Assembly: GCA_965208155.1 (NCBI GenBank)
Contig: OZ242322.1
Location: 321,732-385,731, forward strand
Reading direction: 5' to 3'
DNA from: Thermodesulfobacteriota bacterium
Lineage (GTDB): Bacteria > Desulfobacterota_D > UBA1144 > Nemesobacterales > Nemesobacteraceae
Length of the DNA stretch: 64,000 nucleotides
The translations under genes were made by a program, and so were the position numbers. Under the pieces are notes generated by a model. The model saw only the letters and a list, made by a program, of their open reading frames with translations, was not told the DNA's origin and searched no databases. Positions 27,651 to 38,066 of this stretch are shown piece by piece (the stretch's first letter is position 1; each line of letters opens with the position of its first letter).

Positions 27651-29405
27651 ATGGACATGGCTACCGATACTTCTGTTTCGCAATCAGGCATTCGCTACGA
27701 ACCCAGCGACAACCCGCCAAAGCTGCTGGTAGCCGGGCTAGGATTACAACTTGCCATTCTCACAATATCGGGGATCGTCCTCACACCGGTCATCGTGATC
27801 AAGGCGGCCGGCGGATCTGAGACTTACATGCTGTGGGCGGTATTCGCATCAGTCGTGATTAGCGGGATCAGCACGATACTGCAGGCCGTCAGAGTTGGTC
27901 GAATCGGCGCAGGGTATGTCCTCCTGATGGGCACATCCGGCGCATTCATCGCAATTTGCATTACTGCGATCGCGCAAGGCGGACCCGCTATGTTGGCAAC
28001 GCTCGTCATTATCTCGTCTCTGTTCCAATTTGCCCTGGCGAGACGTCTTTCTCTGTTTCGCCGGATCCTCACCCCCACAGTCACAGGCACTGTAATCATG
28101 CTGATTTCCGTCACCGTGATGCCAATAATTTTCGACCTTCTGGACAATGTTCAGGACGCCGCATATCCCCAGGCTGCCCCTCTGAGCGCGCTTGTGACCG
28201 TACTTGTCATCACTGCAATCGCCATCAAGGGCACCGGTGTATTTCGACTCTGGGGACCCGTAGCAGGCATCATTGCAGGGTGCATTGTTGGCGGCTTTTT
28301 CGGGATTTATGACACGGCACGCATTTCCGAATCCGCCTGGATAGGGTTTCCGCAAGGAGGCTGGCCCGGGTTCGATCTGAGTTTTGGACCGACGTTCTGG
28401 GTGCTTCTGCCCGGGTTCATCTTTGTCACCCTGATCGGCGCAATCGAGACAGTTGGCGACTCCGTAGCGATTCAGCACATTTCGTGGCGACGCCCACGAG
28501 CCGTAGACTTTCGTTCTGTTCAGGGAGCTGTGGCCGCCGATGGGGTGGGCAACCTGCTATCGGGGTGCGCCGGAACGGTTCCAAATACGACGTACTCATC
28601 AAGCGTATCCGTAACGGAACTTACCGGAGTGGGAGCCCGGACAGTCGGAATTGCTGCGGGCATCCTCTTTATCATCCTGGCGTGCCTCCCCAAGGCGCTC
28701 GCCGTAATTCTTGCAATTCCGAATCCAGTTGCCGGCGGATACTTAGCCATCCTGGTGGCCATGCTGTTTGTGCTTGGAATGAAGATTGTCGTTCAGGACG
28801 GAATTGACTACAGAAAAGGCATGATTGCGGGAGTTTCATTCTGGGTGGGTGTCGGCTTTCAAAACGGCGTGATCTTCCCCGAGTATTTCGCGGAATTTGC
28901 CGGCGGCTTGTTGCAAAACGGCATGACGGCAGGTGGTCTCACCGCTTTGCTCCTGACGCTTTTTGTCGAAATCACCGAACCCCGGCGCAGACGCATAGAG
29001 CTTCCGTTCCACGTTACGGCATTGCCGAAAATCCGAGAGTTTCTGCGATCGTTTGCTTCCCACAGCGGCTGGGGAGAAGCGATGGCTGACCGCCTTGACA
29101 TTGCCAGTGAAGAAACCCTGCTCACACTGCTTGAGCAGAAAACGGCATCAGGCGAGGAAGAACCTCTGCGGCGACTGCACATTATTGCGCACAGGGAAGG
29201 CGATGAGGCTGTGCTTGAATTCATTGCATCAGCCACTGAAGAAAATCTCCAGGACCAGATTGCGCTGCTAGGCGAGCGGGCGACGGAAGTCCCGGTTGAA
29301 CAAGAGGTGTCTTTGCGGCTGTTGCGACACATCGCCTCGTCGGTACAACACCAGCAGTATCACGACACTGATATCCTCACGGTCCGAGTGAAGGCACCAG
29401 CTTAA
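27651..29405 (+). CDS. NCS2-family nucleobase (xanthine/uracil-type) permease with ~150-aa C-terminal cytoplasmic extension
   Basis: 584 aa; many TM helices with NCS2-type motifs, then a soluble charged C-terminal tail. Gene is visibly more GC-rich than its neighbours. Confidence 0.75.
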   Translation: MDMATDTSVSQSGIRYEPSDNPPKLLVAGLGLQLAILTISGIVLTPVIVIKAAGGSETYMLWAVFASVVISGISTILQAVRVGRIGAGYVLLMGTSGAFIAICITAIAQGGPAMLATLVIISSLFQFALARRLSLFRRILTPTVTGTVIMLISVTVMPIIFDLLDNVQDAAYPQAAPLSALVTVLVITAIAIKGTGVFRLWGPVAGIIAGCIVGGFFGIYDTARISESAWIGFPQGGWPGFDLSFGPTFWVLLPGFIFVTLIGAIETVGDSVAIQHISWRRPRAVDFRSVQGAVAADGVGNLLSGCAGTVPNTTYSSSVSVTELTGVGARTVGIAAGILFIILACLPKALAVILAIPNPVAGGYLAILVAMLFVLGMKIVVQDGIDYRKGMIAGVSFWVGVGFQNGVIFPEYFAEFAGGLLQNGMTAGGLTALLLTLFVEITEPRRRRIELPFHVTALPKIREFLRSFASHSGWGEAMADRLDIASEETLLTLLEQKTASGEEEPLRRLHIIAHREGDEAVLEFIASATEENLQDQIALLGERATEVPVEQEVSLRLLRHIASSVQHQQYHDTDILTVRVKAPA

Positions 29406-29569
29406 AAGCCCCATTCCTGCTCGCCTGTACGATTCCGCTCAAAGCTCAGAACTGCCGTTTTCCCCGCCGCCTGACGGGTCTTGCCACGGATATTTGATTT
29501 AATCGAGAACTTGTTTATACTAGCCACTTTTTATTCAATCATAACAGGCATCCGAGGAGCGAAGAACCA

Positions 29570-31453
29570 ATGGGCACCACGCTGCACATAAGAGACAATA
29601 TAGAGCAATCCTACGGGGACGTTTACACGCCGGAGGCGCTGGAGGCCCTTGAATTCATGGCCCGCTATAACGGCGAACAGAAGGCCCTTATGGAAAAAAG
29701 GACCCAGAGAAGAAAAAACCGCTACGAATCCAAGGAAAGAATAACCTTTCTTGATCCCGATTCTCTCATACCGCGCACCGACATGAAGGTCCAGGACGCA
29801 AGGGACGGAAAATTCGAGGGGCCGGAGATTCCCCACGACCTCAGAAGACAGTGGATACAGGGAACAGGACCTGCGGCAAAACCGAACTCCCCCGTTGAGA
29901 ACAGCATACGAAATGTCGCCTACGCGCTTCTCTCAGGAGCCGACGGCTGGATGTTTGACGGGGAGGACGCCCTCGGGCAGATCTCGACCATGTCCCTTGA
30001 CAACCAGCGAAACCTGAAGCTCGCCATCGCGAGGGACAAAGTTTTCATGAAAACTGCGGAAGTAGTTGCGGGGCAGATGAACAGATGGGGGCAGGAGTTT
30101 TTCGGACACGACATAATAGAGGACTGGGAAAAACAGCTTGACTTCACCACCGTTATTTTCAGGGCGAGGGGGCTTCACCTGGATGACCGCCACATACGCG
30201 ACGCTGACGGCGTGGCACTTTCTGCTTCCGTGGTCGACATGACGCTGTTTGTAGTCAACAACTACAGGGAACTTGCGAAAAGAAACTCATCGATAGTCCT
30301 TTACCTGCCGAAGATCCAGACCGCCGAGGAAGCGGCGCTCTGGAACGAGATGCTGACCGCCCTTGAGGACCACGTCGGACTTCCCGAAGGCTCAATAAAG
30401 GTATACGTGCTCATAGAGCAGCTCGAGGAAACGTTCCAGATCATGGAGATAAGGGCAGTTCTCGGCAAGCACTTCGCCGGGTTTAACACCGGCAGGTGGG
30501 ATTACATAAACAGCGTCTCAGACGCCATGGCGTGGGACGGGGATTTCATTAACCCGAACATAGAGTCTATTACCATGACGTACGGATACATGAGAAACTA
30601 CGAGGACCGAGTGAGAAGGGCTGTAAACACCCCTGACGTAAACGGCAACTTCGCGCTCTGGCAGGGAGGCATGGAACCGAACATACCTGTGGGGTCGAAG
30701 GAAGGGGTAGAGAGCAGCATGGAGAAGGCCTACGCCGGGGCCGTAAGGGAGCAGCAGGAAGGGGCAAGCGGCAAGTGGGTCGCCCACTGGAAGATGGTTC
30801 ACATAATAAGACCCGTATGGGAAAAGGCCGGTGAGGAGAACCAGCTCGGAAGAGAGTTCCCTCCCCTCACATATACCAGGGAAGACGCAGACGGCCTCAT
30901 ACTTCTTGAGCCCGCCCCGAGAACCATAAGGGGAGCCCGCAACCTGCTCAGCGTCGGTCTTCAGTACGGAAACGCGTTTGGCCAGGGATTCCAGGCCGCG
31001 GCGCTTAAACCCGCCGATTTCTTCGGAAACGACGACATCCTCTACCTGATGGAGGACGCCGCGACCGGGGAGATAAGGCTCAGTATACTCTGGGAGTGGG
31101 TCCACAAGGGAGCGAAGCTCACCGAGGACGATCCCGAGACCGGGCTTAAGGCCGGGGACACGTTCACCGTCGAGGTCTTCGAGAGGCTTGTTGAGGAAGA
31201 GTACGCAAAGCTCCAGGCGGCAAGCGACAGGGACGTCCACGACATCTCGAAACCCACCACCCTTCCGATAGCGAAGCAGATAGTGAGAGCCTACGTTCTT
31301 GACGATGTCAAGGTGCCGTGGTACATAGACCTGCTCAACATAAATCTGAATAACCACGACCACGACTTAGCCTCGCAGAGAATCGAACTCTACATGACGG
31401 AGTTCGCGGGCAATGACAGGAGAATCACCGAGAACCTGGATTTTGTAGTCTAG
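29570..31453 (+). CDS. aceB: Malate synthase
   Basis: 627 aa; strong similarity to malate synthase A blocks (RARGLHL, LPKIQTAEEAALW, GFNTGRWDYI, YLMEDAATGEIRLS..W.W). Confidence 0.9.
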   Translation: MGTTLHIRDNIEQSYGDVYTPEALEALEFMARYNGEQKALMEKRTQRRKNRYESKERITFLDPDSLIPRTDMKVQDARDGKFEGPEIPHDLRRQWIQGTGPAAKPNSPVENSIRNVAYALLSGADGWMFDGEDALGQISTMSLDNQRNLKLAIARDKVFMKTAEVVAGQMNRWGQEFFGHDIIEDWEKQLDFTTVIFRARGLHLDDRHIRDADGVALSASVVDMTLFVVNNYRELAKRNSSIVLYLPKIQTAEEAALWNEMLTALEDHVGLPEGSIKVYVLIEQLEETFQIMEIRAVLGKHFAGFNTGRWDYINSVSDAMAWDGDFINPNIESITMTYGYMRNYEDRVRRAVNTPDVNGNFALWQGGMEPNIPVGSKEGVESSMEKAYAGAVREQQEGASGKWVAHWKMVHIIRPVWEKAGEENQLGREFPPLTYTREDADGLILLEPAPRTIRGARNLLSVGLQYGNAFGQGFQAAALKPADFFGNDDILYLMEDAATGEIRLSILWEWVHKGAKLTEDDPETGLKAGDTFTVEVFERLVEEEYAKLQAASDRDVHDISKPTTLPIAKQIVRAYVLDDVKVPWYIDLLNINLNNHDHDLASQRIELYMTEFAGNDRRITENLDFVV

Positions 31454-31498
31454 GTTCCGCAAAAAACAACCTTTTTTTATTTTCAGGAGAACATATCC

Positions 31499-33772
31499 AT
31501 GAGCCAGTTAGAAGCTGAGATAAGAAAGACGAAAAGGTATTTCTCAAGCGCGCGCTTTCGGGAAATAACCCGTCTTTACTCACCCCGCCAGGTGGTGGAG
31601 CAGAGAGGAACCATAAGAAGGGATTATTCGATCGCGAAAAACGCGGCGGAGGCGTTCTACAAGAGACTCCGCGAGCTTTTCGCCGAGCGAAAACAGATAA
31701 CGTCCTTCGGCCCCTATTCGCCAGGCCAGGCGGTCATGATGAAAAGAAAGGGGATAGAGGGCATATATCTCGGCGGATGGGCCACGTCGGCAAAGGGATC
31801 GATTGGCGAGGACCAGGGAGCTGACCTTGCGAGCTATCCGCTTAGCCAGGTGCCGGACGAGGCAGCCCCCATAGTGAGGGCGCTTCTCGCCGCGGACAAG
31901 AACCAGAGATACAACCGCTCAAGGATGACCGAGAAGGAAAGGCAGCAGACGCCCGAGATTGACTACAGCCCATTCATAATCGCCGACGCGGACACGGGAC
32001 ACGGCGGAGACGCCCACGTGAGAAACCTTATCAGAAGGTTCGTCGAGGTGGGCGTTACCGGTTGTCACATAGAGGATCAGAAGCCCGGAACCAAAAAATG
32101 CGGTCACCAGGGCGGAAAGGTTCTCGTGCCTTCTGACGAGCAGATAAAGAGACTTAACGCCGCCCGGTTCCAGCTAGATATCATGGAAGTGCCGGGGATA
32201 ATAGTTTCAAGGACTGACGCCGAAGCCGCCACCCTTCTTGACGGAAACGGGGATGAGCGGGACCAGCCGTTTATTCTGGGAGCGACCAAGCTCAATATCC
32301 CAAGTTACAAAAACGCCTATCTCACGATTCTAAAAAGGATTAACGAAAAAGGCGTAAAGGAGATAAACGGACACAAGCTCTACAAGATAAGCAAAGAAAC
32401 CTACGCGGAAACGGACAAGTGGCTTGAGGAAACCTGCATAGCGTCGTTTATAGACGAAAACATAGAGGCAATGAAAGGGGACACCCAGTATCTTGAGACC
32501 GCTCTTGATTCCGTGGTCACCAAGTTCGTCGAGATATGGGAAGAGGAATCAGGCCTCAGCACCTTCGGCGAAACAATAGAGACGCTCATGCAGTTTAACA
32601 TCGAGCAGGGCATTGAGTTCGACATGACCGTCGAGCAGTGGAGGGAGTTTGCCAAAACCGCTTCAACGAAAGACGCAATGGCAAAAGCCGATTCCCTGGG
32701 AATCGACTACATATGGGACCCCGAGATCTCAAGAACGCCTGAGGGATACTCCCAGGTGAAAGGCGGGATTGAATACGCAATTGCCAAGTCCCTTGCAGTA
32801 GCGCCCTTCGCCGACCTGCTCTGGATGGAAACCAAGACGGCAGACCTTGAAGACGCAAGGCAGTTCGCAGAGGCCATCCATGAAGTTTTTCCAAACAAGA
32901 TGCTTGCCTACAACCTCTCTCCTTCCTTTAACTGGGACACGACGGGAATGACCGATGAGGAAATGAAAAATTTCCCAGAGGAAATAGGGAAGCTCGGCTT
33001 CGTGTTCGATTTCATAACCTACGGAGGCCACCAGATCGACGGCATGGCCGCCGAAGAGTTCGCAACCGCACTTATGGAAGACGGCATGCTCGCCCTGGCG
33101 CGCGTGCAGAGAAGGCTGAGGCTCATAGATTCGCCTTACAAGACTCCGCAGACCCACGTCGGGGGACCCCGCATGGACGGAGCGCTTGTGGCAAGTTCCG
33201 GAAGAACCGCAACCACCAAGGCCATGGGCAAGGGGTCGACACAGTTCCAGCACCTGGTCCAGACGGAGGTTTCCATCAAGCTTCTCGAAGAGTGGCTCGA
33301 GGCCTGGACAAAGCACTACAAGATCGAAGACACATTCACCGTTGAACTAAAGCCCCACACCGTGGGAACTTTCGTGCTTGAGCTTAACATCCTCAACAGC
33401 AACGGCGATAAGGTGGGGGATGTCATATTCGAGATACTGCAGGACAGAAAGGGAGAGAAGATACTGACTGTAAGGGACGAGAACAATTTTGATCCCTCAC
33501 TTCGCCGGAAACGTCTTGCTACCCTGCTTCACCTGTTCTTGATTCACCGCTACAGGACGGATTTCGTGCACTACGTAAGCCCCACGGAAGACAACCTCAT
33601 GCAGACCAAGGGGATGATGAAACTCGGGATTTACGAATCGGTTAACACCGAAGTCGGTCATATAATAGTGACCAAGACAAACGTCGATTATGTAAAAGAG
33701 CTGCTTAACCCCGACCGCAGGGAACTGAAGAAGCTTATCGCGAAAAAAACCGGCAGACGCAAAAAGAAGTAA
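31499..33772 (+). CDS. aceA: Isocitrate lyase, long (ICL2-type, ~757 aa) form
   Basis: ICL signature KKCGHQGGK and the SPSFNW motif; ~760 aa with an inserted domain and a C-terminal extension, like eukaryote/mycobacterial ICL2-type enzymes. Confidence 0.9.
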   Translation: MSQLEAEIRKTKRYFSSARFREITRLYSPRQVVEQRGTIRRDYSIAKNAAEAFYKRLRELFAERKQITSFGPYSPGQAVMMKRKGIEGIYLGGWATSAKGSIGEDQGADLASYPLSQVPDEAAPIVRALLAADKNQRYNRSRMTEKERQQTPEIDYSPFIIADADTGHGGDAHVRNLIRRFVEVGVTGCHIEDQKPGTKKCGHQGGKVLVPSDEQIKRLNAARFQLDIMEVPGIIVSRTDAEAATLLDGNGDERDQPFILGATKLNIPSYKNAYLTILKRINEKGVKEINGHKLYKISKETYAETDKWLEETCIASFIDENIEAMKGDTQYLETALDSVVTKFVEIWEEESGLSTFGETIETLMQFNIEQGIEFDMTVEQWREFAKTASTKDAMAKADSLGIDYIWDPEISRTPEGYSQVKGGIEYAIAKSLAVAPFADLLWMETKTADLEDARQFAEAIHEVFPNKMLAYNLSPSFNWDTTGMTDEEMKNFPEEIGKLGFVFDFITYGGHQIDGMAAEEFATALMEDGMLALARVQRRLRLIDSPYKTPQTHVGGPRMDGALVASSGRTATTKAMGKGSTQFQHLVQTEVSIKLLEEWLEAWTKHYKIEDTFTVELKPHTVGTFVLELNILNSNGDKVGDVIFEILQDRKGEKILTVRDENNFDPSLRRKRLATLLHLFLIHRYRTDFVHYVSPTEDNLMQTKGMMKLGIYESVNTEVGHIIVTKTNVDYVKELLNPDRRELKKLIAKKTGRRKKK

Positions 33773-33804
33773 CGGAGTGCCGGATTGAAAAGATTTTGTT
33801 CTGG

Positions 33805-33850
33805 GCCGCAGCCAAGGCGGAAAGTGTCGCCTTGGCTGCGGCTTTTTTTC
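33805..33850 (+). terminator. Rho-independent terminator downstream of aceA
   Basis: 15-bp GC-rich perfect stem (GCCGCAGCCAAGGCG / CGCCTTGGCTGCGGC), 8-nt loop, then a T7 run. Confidence 0.8.
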
Positions 33851-34226
33851 TGGTTCTTCTGCGAGATATCGCTTGCCGATCAGATCTCGCTTCCCGATGA
33901 TCACGCCCCACAAGAGTCATGGGAGATCATACCCACAAAGCGGGCGAATGGATGACTTCCTACCGCTACGCCTTTATGAGAATGGGTGAACATCGACGGC
34001 CCGCAGCTTAAAAGTGATTACAGCTTCGCAAACATCTGTTTCGCTCTGGAAAGCTGGGAAGCAAGCTGCTGACTCTATTCCAAGCCCAGAAAAGCCTCAG
34101 CAATAAAAAACTGTGGAAGATATTTTTTGTAGTAATCGATACCGAAAACTGTATTCTAATCTTTTCAGAAAAGGGGCAGTGTCTTAGCACACCTCTTAAA
34201 AAAATACGAAACCGAGAGTAATTGCG

Positions 34227-35600
34227 ATGTCGGTTAACGTCAAAAAAACTGTAAAGAAGATAGACAGAGCCGTTAAAAAGGGGAACTGGGATGCCGTTAG
34301 AAGCATAACCCAGTCCATGCACCCCTCCGAGATAGCATCTCTGATACAGGCTTTCCCGCAGAAAAAAAAGCATCTCATCCTTGAAGCTCTCGACGCGGAA
34401 GTAGCCTCCGAGGTCTATTTCCAGCTTAACCCCGAAGAACGCGTAAGCATACTGAAGCTCATACGGGAGACTTCCCTCACCGCGATGGCCGAAGAAATGG
34501 AATCGGACGACGCCGCCGACTTCCTGGGAGAGCTGCCGGAAGATGTGGCGAAAAAGGTTCTCGAAACCATGGATCCGGAAGAACGCGAGGAGGTGACGCC
34601 GCTTCTTGAGTATCCGCAAGATTCCGCGGGCGGAATCATGCAGACCGAGGTTCTTAAAAGTCCGCACGACGCCACCTCGAGAGAAACCGTTGAGCTCATA
34701 AGACAGATCGAGGAAGAAGACGAAGACAATGTAGAGGACCTGCACATGGTCTACGTGGTGAACGAAACTGGGAGACTCGTCGGAAGGGTGTTCCCGCTTA
34801 AGCTCTCAACAGCGGCGCCTGATTCTCCCCTCTGGACCATAATGGACCCGGTCGAGATCACAGTCACTCCGGACATGGATCAGGAGGAAGTGGCCAAGAT
34901 CTTCAGAAAATACGATGAAGTGTCGCTTCCCGTGGTAGACGATTCGGGAGTGCTGCTCGGCAGGATAACCGCCGACGACATACTCGACGTCATATCCGAA
35001 GAGGCAGGAGAAGACATATACAAGCTCGGCGGCATAAGTGGCGAGGGGCTGCACCCGATACACACGTCCATATACGATAACGTGAGGCTGAGAGCCCCCT
35101 GGATAATGCTCGCTCTCGCGGGCGAGCTTCTTGTGGCATTTATAATAATGCAGAAGTTTAAGACCACGCTTGAGAATTTCATCATACTCGCCGCACTGCT
35201 TCCCCTGGTCATGGCCACGGGAGGAAACGTCGGAGTTCAGACAAACACCATCACTGTCAGGGTTCTGGCCACCGGTGATTTCGTAAAAGACCAGATAAAA
35301 GACCTCTTTCTGGCGGAACTTAAGGTGGGACTGGCACTCGGGATCATAAGCGGTCTTCTGGGCTCCCTGATCGGGCTTCTGCTGAATACCGCGGATACCG
35401 ATTTCCTAAGGCTGTTCCTCGTAATATTCGCGGGGATTGTCGGAGCCACGCTTACAACTTCGTTTCTCGGCGTCGCGGGCCCTCTGGTTCTAAACAGGCT
35501 GAAAATGGACCCGGCGGTATCATCGGGACCGTTTCTTGTTACGTTCAACGACATATTCGGTACCGCCTTCTACCTTTTTCTGGGGGCGGCGCTGTTATGA
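34227..35600 (+). CDS. mgtE: Magnesium transporter MgtE
   Basis: 457 aa; N-terminal domain, CBS pair (VVNETGRLVGRV, VVDDSGVLLGRITADDILD) and C-terminal 5-TM MgtE channel domain. Confidence 0.9.
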   Translation: MSVNVKKTVKKIDRAVKKGNWDAVRSITQSMHPSEIASLIQAFPQKKKHLILEALDAEVASEVYFQLNPEERVSILKLIRETSLTAMAEEMESDDAADFLGELPEDVAKKVLETMDPEEREEVTPLLEYPQDSAGGIMQTEVLKSPHDATSRETVELIRQIEEEDEDNVEDLHMVYVVNETGRLVGRVFPLKLSTAAPDSPLWTIMDPVEITVTPDMDQEEVAKIFRKYDEVSLPVVDDSGVLLGRITADDILDVISEEAGEDIYKLGGISGEGLHPIHTSIYDNVRLRAPWIMLALAGELLVAFIIMQKFKTTLENFIILAALLPLVMATGGNVGVQTNTITVRVLATGDFVKDQIKDLFLAELKVGLALGIISGLLGSLIGLLLNTADTDFLRLFLVIFAGIVGATLTTSFLGVAGPLVLNRLKMDPAVSSGPFLVTFNDIFGTAFYLFLGAALL

Positions 35601-35659
35601 GGATCTGAAACCGATACGTAAGACATAAGCTTTTACGTGTTCATCCTGTGGTCGGTTTT

Positions 35660-35862
35660 GCCAAGCTAACTAAACTTCCAATCAGCCCCATCCTAAACTT
35701 CCAATCAGCCCCATCCTAAACTTCCAATCAGCCCCACTTGAAATTTTAGTTCTTTTTATTGTTTTACCCTCCAATCCCAGATAAAAATCTAAATTGTAAT
35801 TATAAAAACTTCCAATTAGCACCACCTTGAACTTCCAGTTCATGCCATTCTGAACTTGCAAT
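35660..35862. repeat. Tandem/dispersed repeat array (three perfect 23-bp tandem units plus three degenerate copies)
   Basis: TAAACTTCCAATCAGCCCCATCC occurs three times in tandem (~35660..35728); degenerate AACTTCCA(A/G)T...CC copies lie at ~35796..35861. Ends ~10 bp before a TATAAT-like box and the ATPase start. Confidence 0.75.
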
Positions 35863-35890
35863 AAGCCCCGGAAGAACTTATAATGGATTT

Positions 35891-37219
35891 ATGCCCGATA
35901 TTGGTCTTTATCCACGCTATATAGAGCAACGTCTCACAGACGCGCTGGAGGATTCACCGGTCGTTCTTATTCACGGTCCTCGCCAGTGCGGCAAGACCAC
36001 TCTGGCACAAACTGTATGCGCACCCGGAAATCTTTCATGGAATAAGGACTCGACAAAACGCAAATACGGGACAGGAAGTCCGACTGATGATAAATCCGGC
36101 GAGTACGCATATATCAGCTTTGACAATAAAGGACCACGCGAATTCGCAAAAAACGATCCCGTGGGTTTCGCCTCTACTCTTCCGCAACGCGTTATTCTGG
36201 ATGAAGTCCAGAAAGTGCCCGAGTTGTTCGAGGCTCTTAAAATAGAAGTGGACCGCAACCGTGTGCCGGGGCGCTTTCTCCTGACCGGTTCAGCTAACGT
36301 GCTGCAGGTTCCAGGGCTCTCAGATTCGCTCTCGGGCCGTATGCTGATGATTCGCCTGCATCCTCTGGCACAGTGCGAGCTGGAAAACCAGCCGCCACCC
36401 GGCTTTCTCGACACTCTGTTTGAAAACGGATTCAAGGTTTGTCAGACCAGACGACTGGGCATGGAACTCGGCGGACGGATATCGGCGGGAGGATATCCTT
36501 CCGCGCTCGCGCTGCCGCCTGGTCAACGCCGCTTCGGCTGGTACGACAGCTACATAATGACTCAATTGCTAAAAGACGTAAGCGGCTTTGCAAGGATCAG
36601 CACGCTTGAAACGTTACCGCGACTGCTTGCCATCGCCGCAACGCGAACCGCAGGCCTGTTCAACATATCCGATATAACCTCATCTTTTGAGCTAAGCAGA
36701 CATACCGTGAAAAGCTACATAAAACTGCTTGAAATGGCTTTTCTGCTTGAACGAATACCCCCATGGTACAGCAATCTCAACCGCCGTCTCGTCAAAACCC
36801 CGAAACTTCATATGTGCGATACGGGACTCGCGTGCGCCCTGCTGGGAGTAGATGCCGATGGACTGATGCAGAACCGACCCTTGCTTGGTCAGCTTCTGGA
36901 AACATTCGTCCTGCAGGAGATGCGTCGCCAGGCAAGCTGGCATGACGCCCATTTGTCATTCTATCACTATCGTGACAGGAAAGGCGCTGAGGTGGACATC
37001 GTTATTGAGCGCGGAGCTTTAGCGGTAGCAGGCATAGAGGTCAAGGCGTCAGGTACTGTGACAAAGGCGGATTTCCGCGGCCTTCATAAGCTTGAAGAAA
37101 CTGTGGGCAGCCGTTTTGTTTGCGGGGCGGTGCTTTACGACGGTGATACCTGTCTTAGGTATGGCGACAGAATGTGGGCCATACCTCTTCGCATGCTGTG
37201 GCAAAACCCTCAGGCATAG
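35891..37219 (+). CDS. DUF4143 AAA+ ATPase (intact paralog of the IS-disrupted gene)
   Basis: 442 aa; P-loop GPRQCGKTTLAQ, Walker B region RFLLTGSANVLQ, C-terminal DUF4143. Contains a ~35-aa insertion after the P-loop relative to the other copy. Confidence 0.8.
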   Translation: MPDIGLYPRYIEQRLTDALEDSPVVLIHGPRQCGKTTLAQTVCAPGNLSWNKDSTKRKYGTGSPTDDKSGEYAYISFDNKGPREFAKNDPVGFASTLPQRVILDEVQKVPELFEALKIEVDRNRVPGRFLLTGSANVLQVPGLSDSLSGRMLMIRLHPLAQCELENQPPPGFLDTLFENGFKVCQTRRLGMELGGRISAGGYPSALALPPGQRRFGWYDSYIMTQLLKDVSGFARISTLETLPRLLAIAATRTAGLFNISDITSSFELSRHTVKSYIKLLEMAFLLERIPPWYSNLNRRLVKTPKLHMCDTGLACALLGVDADGLMQNRPLLGQLLETFVLQEMRRQASWHDAHLSFYHYRDRKGAEVDIVIERGALAVAGIEVKASGTVTKADFRGLHKLEETVGSRFVCGAVLYDGDTCLRYGDRMWAIPLRMLWQNPQA

Positions 37220-37816
37220 CACGGATTTCTCACAGAAGGCAAACTGCAAACGGTCTGATATGCAGGGGTGGGTCAGCAATTACCAGGTGTATTCTTCCCC
37301 GAACATAGCCCCCGACGTCTTTCACGACAAACAGCCAGCATGCAGGAAATGATCAAAAACAGATTGAACACCACGCTCATCGATCCGCTTCTCCCTTCCG
37401 TTGCGGAAACAACCGAACAACCCCCTCCCCCGTCGCTTCCCTCTTCCTCTATGTCCTCAGCAACAACGAAAACCCCAAAGAAGACGGCAGAGATGACACT
37501 TGAGCCTGAGCGCATACAGATCGGATAACAAACTTCAGGCATTTCTGCAAAAAATTCCCGCACTGAAAGCACATCCGCATAGAAATTCCCCTCTGTTATG
37601 AATTCGGTACCGTCGTCAAGGATGCGAAAATCCCGTCCATGCTTCCCCTTTCCAGGTGATTTCTCGAGGTTGTTAACCTTCGGCATTTATACTTGCTCCA
37701 GTTATCCGGTCATCAAACAGAAACCGAGAAAGGAAAAGGATTTTCGAAAAAACAGAGGTGAGCAAGCATGTAAAACATCCCGAAGCTCTAAGTGTTTCCC
37801 GGCTGGAATTGAAGTG

Positions 37817-37891
<75 letters not shown>

Positions 37892-37924
37892 GGAAAACCC
37901 GAACATGCGTAGAATCGCAAAAAA

Positions 37925-38000
37925 TGGTCGGGGTGAGAGGGCTCGAACCTCCGACCTCAGCATCCCAAATGCTGCGCGCTCCCAGCTGCGCCACACCCCG
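37925..38000 (-). tRNA. tRNA-Pro (UGG)
   Basis: Cloverleaf read by eye: anticodon loop UUUGGGA, T-loop UUCGAGC, discriminator A and CCA encoded. Coordinates ±2 nt. Confidence 0.75.
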
Positions 38001-38066
38001 ATCGAAAAGCGAGTAATTATAATAACAGAACCCGAAGAAAACAAAACGCTGTCCCGGCGGAAAAAC

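Noticed and set aside
27849-28478. 209-aa minus-strand ORF inside the NCS2 permease gene.
   Set aside because: It is antisense to a clear multi-TM permease and is an Arg/Cys/Asp-rich low-complexity translation of GC-rich DNA.
34008-34745. 245-aa minus-strand ORF spanning the mgtE leader and 5' end.
   Set aside because: It overlaps the well-supported mgtE N-terminus on the opposite strand, has a biased low-complexity composition (F/R/L-rich) and no start context; judged spurious.
35660-35862. Considered whether the repeat array is a CRISPR array.
   Set aside because: Units are directly abutting with no spacers (23-bp period), the later copies are degenerate, and there are no cas genes nearby. 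It behaves like an iteron or tandem repeat, not CRISPR.
37273-37686. 137-aa minus-strand ORF between the DUF4143 ATPase and the tRNA-Arg/Pro pair.
   Set aside because: It is composition-skewed (Gly/Ser runs) and overlaps an equally weak plus-strand ORF, with no recognisable domain or RBS. It is left uncalled, although a small real gene cannot be excluded.
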